This document shows, piece after piece, positions 1 through 11,622 of a stretch of 64,000 nt of DNA. The notes beneath the pieces were generated by a model. That model worked only from the letters and a program-made list of their open reading frames with translations. It ran no database searches and had not been told where the DNA came from. A program made the translations under genes and the position numbers. Location of the stretch: positions 36,580,001 through 36,644,000 of the forward strand of contig NC_083282.1 of NCBI RefSeq assembly GCF_963506605.1, given 5' to 3'. Source of the DNA: Zootoca vivipara (taxonomy: Eukaryota). The first letter of the stretch is position 1. The number at the start of each line of letters is the position of its first letter.

Positions 1-139
1 GGGCAAGCAAAGTGTTACCGGAACTTGTAAAAATGCATCTTCAAAATTACACATTCTTCTGGTGGAGTTTTTCATATTCAGATTTAAAATCTTACTAAGA
101 GTCACTGTGCTTGCAAACAGTGCAATGCATTCATTAGAA

Positions 140-168
140 TGTGTGTGTGCGTGTGCGTGTGTGTGTGT

Positions 169-208
<40 letters not shown>
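140..208. repeat. (TG)n/(CA)n compound microsatellite
   Basis: tgtgtgtgcgtgtgcgtgtgtgtgtgtgcgcacacaca... Confidence 0.9.
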
Positions 209-210
<2 letters not shown>

Positions 211-1010
211 TGATCAAGTACTAATTTTGATACACTTATGCCAGCAAAAAACTAGAGAATGTCATTCCCTGGAAATGACCCAATTGTAGTTTACGTGTGC
301 AAAACAAACTTAACATTTCCAGGATTCTTTGGGGAAAGTAATGTGTTTTAAATGTGTATTGGATGCCAGTAAATGTATTGTTTAGAGTGGCAGGGGGCAG
401 ATGCACACAAGAAAAACTAAGTGGTTGTAGTTCTGGTAATATAAAATATATTCAACTGAGAAACAAATATAACTTCCCTATCTCATACGCTTCTCACTTT
501 ACAATTCTTAAAAATTGTATATTGCACAGTATATATAGCACTGCTAGGAATTTAGGATTTTACAGATACTGATGCAGTATCTATTCAAAGTACCTTAAAT
601 TTTACATACCACCCCCGCTTTTTTTTGGAAGCAAAGTTTTTTTCCCATCTGTTTGTCCCACTTCCCCATCTGTTCTTGAGGTCTCACAGTTTTGTTCAAT
701 ATGTTTACAAGTGTTGATTTTTAAAAGCAAATCTAATAGTGTAGTGCTTTTCTACTTGAATTAGAAAAAGATTTTGAAATGAATGGACCCAAACTATGAA
801 CCAAATGGGAATTCATAGAAAACGACAGGTATAGCTATAGGTACAATATCAGAGGAGCAAAGGAAGGGAGGTTGCCTTCACATTTAAAAACTAAATCAGA
901 GCAATTCCATAAACAATAATTCTGTACAGTACTGAGTCCACTCTATTGTTACCATATAACAAATCACAGATTTTTCTACACAAGTTACTCAGGCTCCTGC
1001 AGATTATAGA

Positions 1011-1767
1011 TGTAAAGACCTGGGATGGGGGGCAGGAATGGAAAGCTTCAGAGGGGAGGGAGAATTTCCACAAATTTTCCAGAAAAAAACATTCAGGGGT
1101 TGGGGGAAAGATCCCACCATGCCTGGAGGAAAGTCCCTCTGGCATGCACAATCCCAAGGGCAACACTGGAGAGTAGTCATTCTAAAAAGTCAACGAACAG
1201 TCCAAAGTCAAACAGGGCAGGTTCTCACCTTTGCAGAAGCTCCAGGATCAGAAAACCTGGGGTCAGTCTCAAAGTCACAATCCAGTGGAGCTCCTGAAGC
1301 AGCCAAGCCTGGTCCATCAATGGAGGAAGGTAAGCAGACCCAGAGCTTCTACATTGCTTCCCTTTCAGCCTTCCAATTTTGGCTGGCATATCTGGGTTTG
1401 CTTCAGCTGATCAGCTATGTCTCTCCACTTGATGGGCATGTAACCCTCACCTGCCCTAAACCTCATCCAGCTGCACAATCACAAACTCCTCCCAGACCTA
1501 ACGAGCCCCATGATCTCCACCTGGTTAACTAGTGAGTTGGGCTGTGTTCCCTTGCCTGCCTCAGTCTGCTGGAGTGCACTTCCTGCTGTTCTCGGTGCCT
1601 TAGAGCTTGCTGTGTCTGTGGAGATGTGTTACCTCCCTAGGCTCCTGTGAACTGTCAGCTGTCCCTTCACTGTCCTCTGATGTTCTGTGAGTACCTAAGT
1701 CCCCAACTTCCCTTTCCCCATCTTCAGCTTGCCCTGGTGTGTACTAGTCATGGCTACACCCCTTGCC
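1011..1767. mobile_element. Possible LTR-like element
   Basis: GC-richer block that starts TGT and ends ..GCCA, with internal cagtccaaagtc-type repeats; no convincing TSD. Confidence 0.3.
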
Positions 1768-4700
1768 AGGATCCTCTTCTCCTTCCTTGGTGTTCTGCTG
1801 GTGGAGTATTAATTCAATTTGTTTGTGATGAGGTTATATAACAATGAGCATTCAGCCTGATTTCATCTGGATTTGTTTGCTAGGAGGTTATATGTCTTCC
1901 CATCAACTGGTCATCATCCTACACCTTTTAGTGCATTTCATCTCTTTTCTAACCACAAAACATTGGGGGGTGGGGTTCAAATGGATTTGTTGCACCACTT
2001 TACTAAATGTTCAGTTGAATGTTACAGTCTTGATGTGACCTGATTTGACTGTGATGGCTTCGACCATGTATGGGGAACTGTGGGGACTGTTTGTGAATGG
2101 ACTAAGACATTCCACCAAATACTTTTTTCTTTTTTTTTACACATACACGGTTCTCAAAAGGTCCTCATGGAGGAGCCATGATAATCTTTAGAAGGGTCAA
2201 CAAAGGTATGGATACACATGTGTTATTTGGATGGCAACTGGATTCAGGGCACACTAGGCTCTGTAGTTCTCAGCCCTGCCATCTGCTAAAATGTGAAGGT
2301 AGTTCATCCCTGACCATATGCTGTAATAATAAGTGTGCCTATCTTCACACATTAAGAATCAGCCTTTACACATTTGGGAAAGGTTGCAGATCACATGCCA
2401 GCCTAGAATCAGACCCTTTTTTTGATATACATATCACTTTTGACCGTTAATCGAACTCAATAGCACAACAAATAGAGGTTTAAACGCTTTATGTTGCCTC
2501 TGTGCAAAGCCTGAAATAATTGTTTTAGGATTCTGTATGCTAGGGTGGGCTGGTGGCTCTAGGCAGAGGCCTCATGGCCAACCCACAACCTGCATTGTTA
2601 TTGCGCTTCTTAAATTTAATTTAAAATATTTATAATCCTGCATTTCTATCTCCTTGTGGTCCTTTGCAACTCTGTTTCCATGATTCTGTCTCAGGCAGAG
2701 GCAGCTGAAGCAGCTACCGGTACTCCTCACCATCCTCACTGACTTGCCCTTTGGGGGAGGCAGAGGAGAAAGCAGGAAAGTAGGGATAATGGCAGGGAGC
2801 CACCACCTACCCTGTTCACCTGCCATTTCCCTCTGGGCAGTGATGAAGGTTGGGTTTCCATTACGCTGCTCCCAGTTTGCTCGCCTCCCTCTTGCCTGGT
2901 TGAGTGAGTGTATGGAAGGGAAAGCAGCTGCCACCACCAAAGCAGAAGCACTGAGGGATGGGGCCAATGAGGACATATTGCCAAAGCTCCCCAAAACCTC
3001 ACTTTGTCATTTCCTAGCAGTCAACAACCGCTCTGCCAAGGTTTCTAGGCAACAGTGAGAAACAGCAGCACAGTTCTAGGGCAGATTGAACTGATTCAGG
3101 CCTAAGTCAAGCCACACTAAAGCCATGTTTTTATTGATTCAGTCAGCCATCTTGATTCAAAATGGAATCTAACTGTAACCAAACATAGACAAAAACCTGC
3201 TCCAGAGGCCACCATGTAAAATTTGGTTGTGATATTTATGATTTGGTTATGATTCTAGGTGTCCAAATGCACAGACAAACTACTTTCCAAAACATATACT
3301 ATATGAAAATTGTGCTGGTGGTTGAGCTCGCCTTGATTCACATCAAATTGGCTCAAATAAGATAGGAAGCTTTCTCTGACTCTGATTAAAATCAGAGCTG
3401 AAAAAGAAATGGGGGGGGGGGCAGATCCTCCATGTGTCCATATTTTCCAGGGAGAGTCTCGGATTTATAGATGTCCTCCCAGTTTCTAATTTGATCCTGG
3501 AATGTCCCATTTTCCCACAGGACATCCCTATTTTCATTGGAGAAATGTTGTAGGATATTGAATTATCCAGTCCCCAAGCCATCTGAAGGCAGCTCTGTAT
3601 AGGGCAGGTTTTTAATGTTTTACTATGTTTTTATATGTGTTGGAAACTGCCCAGAGTGACTGGGACAACCCAGTCAGATGGGCAGGGTATAAATAGTGAA
3701 ATTATTATGGAATAGGACGCCTGTATTTTCATGGGATAAATGTTGGAGTGTATGGGGATCATAGTGCTTGCCTTGTATTTCAGGTGATCCCTAGGTACAG
3801 TGATTTATTTCCAAGCCCAGAAATAGAAGTTGTGTTGCCATCAATAGCCAGAAGCCTGCATCTTAAGGCCTTTGTCCTTTAAAAAAATATGTCGAATGTA
3901 GCACTTTAAATGGTTCTCAAGATTTGGATCGCAAGCTGCTGTGGATTGGGGGGGGGCGGAGTGTAAGGGTAATACATGCCACATCTCTGTGCCAAATCAA
4001 TTGAATATTCCACTCCACATTGTGAATATTCAGAATTCATGCTGTTTAAATAGGCCAAACATCTGCTCTGGCTCTTTAGAGTTCCTCAGCAGCAGTCACA
4101 CTTCTGTACGTCACCATCACCAGGACCTGGAATAGTCATGGTGCCAAAAACACCCCTTCCAAAATCTGCGAAAAATCCAGCTGCATTTCAGGCTCCCATT
4201 CAGGCATCCACAGATGCTGGCGTTATCATAACACCCTCCTCCTCTCTCTTTTTGCAATTCAGAGGTAGCTTTAAAACATGCTGTTACCAAAAGCCCCACT
4301 TTTTGTCCCCCCTTTCCCCCCAGTGCATATCATTCATTAGGAACCTAATGTGAGTTTCAGGCTGCACTGTGCGTCTTTGACAGAAGGGCATATGTGCTTG
4401 GCCATGTGCTTGAGACAGAGAAGTACATAAACAGCATATTGGCACCAGACAGACATCTGTGCCGGTGGGGGGGGGGGAATGCTTGTGATATGTACATGAA
4501 TGACATTTTAGCTTTAATTAAATCCATGTAACACAGAAATGAAGGCTTGATTTTTTTTCCCCCTTACATGTAAATATCGGGAAGAAGGCGTCGGTTTTTG
4601 TTTTGGGGTTTCGCAATATTTTCATGCCTCTGTCACAATATAACCCAAGGCCTTGCAATAAAATACTAATTAAGTGCCTGTACTGTCAAGTATATTGCAA

Positions 4701-6667
4701 GGACAGTTGGGTGCTAACAGGTGGGATCCGTGTTAGAAGGGACAGGCTAGAATGCACAGTTTTAAGGGATGTAATGGGATCCATCACCCTCCTGGAGCTA
4801 GTCCTGTCGCAATTAAAATGCGCTTTGTACTTTTAAACATAGTTTTAGTAAGTTGGCAACCCTAAAAAGCAGAAGCACTGTGGCCAGCTTGTACATTTGG
4901 CAACCTAGGGGGGGAAAAAAGATTCTTAGTCATTTACGCATATGATATATTTATATTCAAGGCTTTTAAAGCATGTATCAAATCCCTTTATTCTGTTCTA
5001 TCCTTTAATTATTAGTAAAGCTGTGTTTGTAAACTGGTTGGAAGTTTAACTTTGAGCAGTTTTGCAATCTTAGTTACTTCCCATGAAAAAAGAAGAAGCT
5101 TTAGTAGTTGCTTGGTAACCACATTCCAGACGTATGAGGGAAGTTGGTGTATGTAAGAGAGAAAGTCCTTGGAGTTGGGTGGGTGTGTACGCTATTCTCT
5201 GAGTGTATGAATTAAGGATTCGTCTGCTTAGGATAATTCATTTATCCCAACTTCTATTCCCCATTTCCAAGGCTATTCTTCATCCTTGCTGTGACACTTG
5301 GTTAGCAAATAGAAGTTTCAACCTTCATTTTTGGTTTGGTTGTTTGTCCTGGTGTCCCTGCATTCACCTTTTGCAAAGAAAATATCTATGAGTCAGACTT
5401 GATGAAGTTGGCATACATTACACAATTGTGGTTTGAAGTTCACAGTCCAGTCTTTCTCAGAGGTCCCTGGGAAGAGGAAGTGCCTGATTTCCCCATGCTG
5501 TTTTCCTGTATTGTATTCTTAGCAGGTGCTGCCTGTCCACCAATTGTTAACTTGCTTCCAATGTACATATGAGGTTAATTAAGATGTAAAGTACTTACTG
5601 CAGGTCACAGCCAATTTGCTGGAGGACGTCTTCAGGTTACCCTCATAACCTTTCAAGAAGCACAGATTTCCCCATATATGCTATCTTTGCAAGGGCATTA
5701 TTCTGTTCCAACAGATGCAAAGCAGGATGAAGGTCAGAGAGAACAATTAGGTGCCAATTTCAAACCTGAACAGACAAGTCGAGGTTGTATCTCGGTGGGG
5801 GGGAAAGGTAGGCCTACTGGTTTGCTGGTAGGAATGGGTACAATTCAATATAAAAGTCTAATGGAATGTTTTGCGTATATTTATAAAATCAGAATATTTC
5901 TAAAGGCTGCATAATGAACTGGCAAAGAGTTTAGTATGTTAACTGCATCAACGCATCTGAATCAATGTACATGCACTTTCCCTTGTATATAGCTAGTTCT
6001 ATCCTAACACAGTTTAAATGTGCTTTGTAAATATAATGAAATCAATGGGCTTTAAAAATGCAACTCCAAATTGGACTGCAACCAATGAATTGTACATACG
6101 TTTTATTATTTTTTGAAAGTACTATCATTGTCATGATTTAATAAACATAGGGGATAACAGCATGAAAACTGAGTCAGCATTTCTCATTTCCATTGAATAG
6201 TTAAAAGTATCGTTTCCATATTATACCGCAAAAACATCTTATGTTAAAAGCATAGCAATTCCTAACAGCTGAAACGGTTCACTTGTAGCTCTGCTTCATT
6301 CTAATTAATGAATAGTGTTTTAAAGTAAAATTGCCAGAGTCAGCCGCTATTGGTTCTGTCAAGTTAAAAGGAATACAGACAACATAAGATGAACTACTGG
6401 CTTGTCATTCAGGAAGGAGGAGAATTTTCAGGGAGCCTTAGGTAGAAATAGGATGCAAGCAAGGAATCACAAGATTTTTGAGCTCCCAAAACCTTCAGTC
6501 TTTTTCCTGCCACCCACAGTCTTTATTAGTTCACTTCTACTGACAGAACATTTCTGTCTATTTCAGAGGCTGCCTAGACATTTCTGTCTATTTCAGAGGC
6601 TGTCCAAACAACCACTGCCTGCAGGTCCCTCCCCTGTCTCCAGTTTCTCTTTCCCATATAAATGACT

Positions 6668-7519
6668 TGTTGGTGTGTGAGCATCTACTCTTGGGTTTTC
6701 TTTTCTTTCTGCAGCAGAAAGTTCTTTTTACAGAAAAGTTTTCCTGCATCTTTTACTTCTTTACAGCAGCAGCAGCATTCCAGCTATCTCTTAGTGAAAT
6801 GCCCATTACAAGAATAAACACCATTTGGTTCTGTTTCTGAGTCTTTATTATTTACAAAACTTTACACTGGTCATTAATAAAGCAAAAAAACGAATGAAGA
6901 AACACAATCTTTCCTCTCTTTTTAGCCATCTGGCTAGTGACCTAATGCTGACTTATTCACATACTCGCTTATCACTGACCCAGACTTAGTTGATTACATG
7001 CTCTGAGAAGGACACCTGTTGCTGGGGAAATTTCCCGTTGCCTATCAACTTGTTCCAGGCCATTTACAAGTTTCTTTTGGAATATTTCAACAGCCCTCCT
7101 AACTTGAAATGCTGCCTTGAGCACCTGGTAAAAAAAACTAATTATATATAATTTTACTCAGTAAGACACAATTGCATTGTCAGCATTTTAAATTTTACAG
7201 CAGTCAAAGGATTTGTAAAAATGTCTGCAATCATAAACTCTGTGGATCAATACCTGAGCTTGATCCACCCTTTAAAAATGCAATCTTTCACATGTGCATA
7301 GCATATTTTTAAGTGTTTTGTTTTAGGTCTACATTTTTCTGATTCAGTCATATTTATATATGATTGATTATCCTCAAATATCATTACAGCTTCTGGAAAA
7401 TTTAAATATAGATCATTGAAAAGTTGACTGTTAAGGAACCTGTTGCTGGGGAAATTTTCTATTGCCTAGCAACTTGTTCAAACCAATTAACAAGTTTTTT
7501 CCCCTAGAATATTCCAACA
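6668..7519 (-). mobile_element. Ty1/Copia LTR retrotransposon remnant, internally deleted
   Basis: Minus-strand 7429-7154 translates FEDNQSYI..KTKHLKICYAHVKD..Y*STEFMIADIFTNPL (Copia RNase H). PPT (AGTTAGGAGGGC) abuts an LTR start TGTTG at 7092; second LTR-start copy at 7441-7519; putative LTR end CCAACA at 6668. Confidence 0.75.
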
Positions 7520-9403
7520 TGGCAGTGGGTTATTTTATCCAGTCCCTCACCATGTTTCTCAGTAAGATATCACGGAGCAGGGGAAAACAAGCTAAAGATT
7601 ATAGCAAGCTAGAGTGGGCAGGACAATGGTAGCCCTCCATGTCAATCAGCCTACCTAAGCCAATCAAAACCATGTATTCTTCCTGGGATGTGGTGAGAAG
7701 CCTTCTTGGAGAGAAAAGTGTGACTCCACACAAGGTGAGGGTCCTGCCAGATGAGATGCTACAGGGGGCTGAAAGTGATTGAGGAGCCCAGCTGCAAGGC
7801 ACCCAGATGGAAGGGGTGGCCAAAGTGATCGAGTGTGGATGAGCAGCTGAGGGGCTGAGACTGCAAAGAGATGCAGACAGTAGCTGAAGGCAAGGGGGAA
7901 GACAATGCCTTGGATAAGGATGAGCTGGCTGGAGCCGAGGAGCTGCTTCTGACTGATTTCTCCACTCCCCGGGAGCCTACTGTGGAAGAGCGGGTGCAGG
8001 AGGGAAGTGCCTCAGAGGAGTGCGAGCTGCAAGATGGACGTGAAGAGCAGTGCAGGGGGAAATGCAAGAGGTGAGCCTGCATTGGCAAGAGGAATCAGTG
8101 CTTCCAGAGATGCCAGAAGACGAGGTGCAGCAGGAGGAGTGGAAGGTGCATGTGAACATGCAGGAGGAGAAGCCGGCGCCTGAAGGAAGTGGTGGTGGAG
8201 GAACACATGCAGGAAAAGCTTGAGGCCCATGTGCATGCGCCAGAGAATCAGCAAGCACCTGCTCTGTTGGGCGAGATAAAACCTTCCAATCAGTTTGCCC
8301 CTTGGGTGCCCCAAGATTGCCCTGCAGGGTGGGCACCAGCCCTTTAACGGGGTGCAGTCCTTCAACAGGCCCCCACAGGCTCGCCTTCTGGCTCCATGAG
8401 TTTGGGAGGCAAGAGCTGGGCTTTGGGAAGGAGGCACAAAGCTCTGACAGGGTCCTCGAGTCCTCCTGCCTCCTTCCCAAAACCTAGTTAGTGCTTTCCC
8501 AGCTTTGGGAAGGAGGTGGGGGGGGGCTCTAGGGCCCTGCCAGAGCCCATTGGACAAGCGCTGGAGGGGGTGCCAGATTTTGGCCTTGCACAGGGTGCCA
8601 TAGCACCCAAGTGCGCAACTGCTATAGCACACGTCTTCCTGTGCAGCTCCAGTCCATCCTGTTCAGGAAGAGGGCAGGCAGTAGGTGGTGGTGCTGTTGC
8701 TGCAGGTTGAGTCCAAAACAGTGGGGTCCTGAGAGCTCTTGGGGGCCCTGGCTGTAAGCTAGCACCAGCCATGACCATGGTGAGGTTGTGGTTTGTTTGC
8801 AGGAATGAGTGTGGCCACAACTCCAGATAAAATTCTAATGGAATGTACTGCATATGCTTATAAAATGAGAATATTTTGCAAGGCATGTTCTGCAATGAAG
8901 TGGTAAAGAGCTAACTGGAATCAACAGCTGCATGAATGAACATGCACCTCCCTTGGCACGTAACCAGTTTCTGTTGTTCTGAATTGTTGGCCTCGATCCC
9001 AACACAGAGTTTAAATGTGCTTATAAATATAGTAAGACCAATGGGCTTTAAGCTGGATTGTGGTTCCTGAATTTCCCATAGGTTATATTACTTTCCAAAT
9101 TAGTTGTTGCCATGATTTAGAAAAACGTAGTTGAGTCGTGCATCTTGCGTGATGGCCAAGGATGATGGGAGTTGCAATTAAAAAATATATTGAAGGCTGC
9201 TTCGGCCTGTATTGCTGACATTCCCAGAGGCCAGAGCTGACATACAATGACCTCCCCCAGCAGCAGTCCAGGCTGCCTCAGCTTGCAGACACTGGTGCTC
9301 CACCTTCCACCTGCATTGCATACAAAAGTATTGGCAGGTCCCCCAGGCACGCAGAGGCAGTAGCAGTTAAGCACAGCAATTAAGCAATTATTGCAGTTCA
9401 GTA

Positions 9404-9879
9404 CAGTTGTACCTGATCGCCAAAGAATTGATGCTTTTGAATTATGGTGCTGGAGGAGACTCTTGAGAGTCCCATGGACTGCAAGAAGATCAAACCTATC
9501 CATTCTTAAGGAAATCAGCTCTGGGTGCTCACTGGAAGGACAGATCCTGAAGCTGAGGCTCCAATACTTTGGCCACCTCATAAGAAGAGAAGACTCCCTG
9601 GAAAAGACCCTGATGCTGGGAAAGATTGAGGGCACTAGGAGAAGGGGACAACAGAGGATGAGATGGTTGGACAGTGTTCCCGAATGCCTTAAGACTCAAA
9701 TGTTCCAGCTTCCGAATGATCGAATACTGAGTGTTCTGGTTTTCAAACTTTTTTGGAAGCTGAGCATCTGGTGCGGCTTCCGCTATAGTTTCTGGTGCTC
9801 CTGCACCTTGTTTTCCAAACGTTTCGGAAGTTGAACAGACTTCCAGAACGGATTCCGTTTGACTTCCGAGGTACAGCTG
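9404..9879 (+). mobile_element. TcMar MITE containing a BovB fragment
   Basis: TA-cagttgtacct...aggtacagctg-TA; body similar to 28442-28693. Confidence 0.75.
9413..9680 (+). mobile_element. BovB (RTE) LINE ORF fragment
   Basis: RIDAFELWCWRRLLRVPWTARRSN..LQYFGHL..LEKTLMLGKIEG..RWLD, diagnostic BovB C-terminal sequence. Confidence 0.92.
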
Positions 9880-10896
9880 TAGTTGGAATTCCACCCCCCT
9901 CTCCAGCTGATGGTGATGAGTATTAAGATTCTTCTATTTGACACGAGGAACGAAGGCTGAAAGCTAATGGCTTGGCATGATGTGGTAGCACTACCCTGAC
10001 CTCGCAAGAGTCAAGTTGCTGCTGCTTACTGCAAGGGACAGTAAACAGCAACCCCTCTCTCCCCATCCCTGATTATGGGATGTTCTGGCTGGCACTACTT
10101 AGAGCTGGAGTCCAAAAACATCTGGAGAGTCACTGGTTCCCCATCCCTGATTTCATCTGTTTGTGGCCAAGGCAAAATCTGTACAAGATATCGCTGTCGC
10201 CTACCTGATTAGGACCCAATATGCTTCTTTTTCCTATACAATGGACTATTACCACTCTAGAAAATGAAGCAGGCTACTAGGCAGTCCTCATACGGTCCTG
10301 CTGGTTACAATCTTTCTCAAATGATAATCCAGCCTAAGACCGTTTCTAATCTATGCAGTAATGAACAGAAGGCAAGCAAGATGATTCCTCTGACTCCTTA
10401 GTAAGAGGACAGAGTTGCTGAACCTGTTCTGATCTGAAATATCAAAGCACTAGTATCGATTTGCACTTGCAGATAATTCTTATACAATTGCCGACTAAGA
10501 TACTAATCTTTACTCTTCAAAACAAGTGAAATTTAACCCGTTAGGTAAGAGCAGCCAGAGGCAAGATGAGTCCTTTATCTTTTTTTTTTGTAACACCTAT
10601 CCTATGTGAGATGAGATGGTCAATCAAGACACCCTCCCCAGACCCTCAGAATCTTTTTTTTTTTGTAACACCTGGCATCCACTCTTCTCCTGTATGAGAA
10701 GAGACGGTTGATCGGTTGCACTAGATGACCCTTCGGTCCCTTACAACTCTAAGATTCTATGAACCAACCCAGACCCACAAAAACTCCTAGAGAAACTGTA
10801 TTGGTTAGATACTTTAATATGTATCATAAACTTGTTTTAAGTAGTGGTTCCAACTTTAAGGTGCTATTATGCTTTTTCCCAAGAAATGACAGAATG

Positions 10897-11113
10897 CAGT
10901 GGTACCTCGGGTTACAGAAGCCTCAGGTTACAGACTCCACTAACTCAGAAATAGTACTTCGGGTTAAGAACTTTGCTTCAGGATGAGAACAGAAATCGTG
11001 CGGCAGCTGTAGCGGGAGGCCCCATTAGCTAAAGTGGTACCTCAGGTTAAGACCAGTTTCAGGTTAGGAACGGACCTCCAGAACAACTTAAGTTCTTAAC
11101 CCGAGGTACCACT
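10897..11113. mobile_element. TcMar-type MITE
   Basis: TIRs cagtggtacctcgggtta / taacccgaggtaccact. Confidence 0.8.
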
Positions 11114-11421
11114 CCTGCTATTGTTGTTGCTTATGGTATTTTAAGTTTAGTTTATTGCCTGTGGAAAAAGTAACAGAATATATTCTTTTTTAATAAAAGT
11201 GAAAACAAGAAGGAAATGTTCTGATTCAGGAAGAGTTACTCATTAGGCTATCTCGCTTCTATCTCTTTATGGGTGTGATGTACAACAATATATGGAATGC
11301 ATGCTCTGGTTTCCCAGATGATCCCTAGCCCAGAGGAGAGGTGTGACTGCTCTCCTGGCATCAGATTTCTGTTCTCCCAGCAGAAAGCAATCTGACAAAG
11401 GAAGGCTTGAAAGGTTCCACG

Positions 11422-11622
11422 ATGCTGCTCCAGCTACTCTCTGTCTTCTGGGAGGCCTTGTCCCTGCAGGTCATTCTGGTGTTTCTGGCAACGTTTCTGC
11501 TTCTTGCTGATTACAAGAAAAGGATTCGCCCAAGGGATTTCCCCCCAGGGCCCAGGCCTCTTCCCTTGCTGGGTAATATACCACATTTTGGTGCAAAGAA
11601 CCCTCATTTGGCAGCACGGAAG
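11422..11622 (+). CDS. CYP2J: CYP2J-like A exon 1
   Basis: ATG..LAARK|gtaaga; membrane anchor plus PPGP. Confidence 0.9.

Noticed and set aside
2161-2205. Possible 45-nt exon (aag|GTCCTC..CAAAG|gtatgg) of a neighbouring gene
   Set aside because: Splice-like signals only; no recognisable peptide or partner exons.
9117-9894. 172-, 147- and 121-aa overlapping ORFs
   Set aside because: BovB fragment and its antisense frames read into MITE sequence.
11407-11421. Upstream TTG/GTG starts shown in the ORF track for exon 1
   Set aside because: Not conserved in position; the ATG of MLL(L)Q aligns across all four paralogs.
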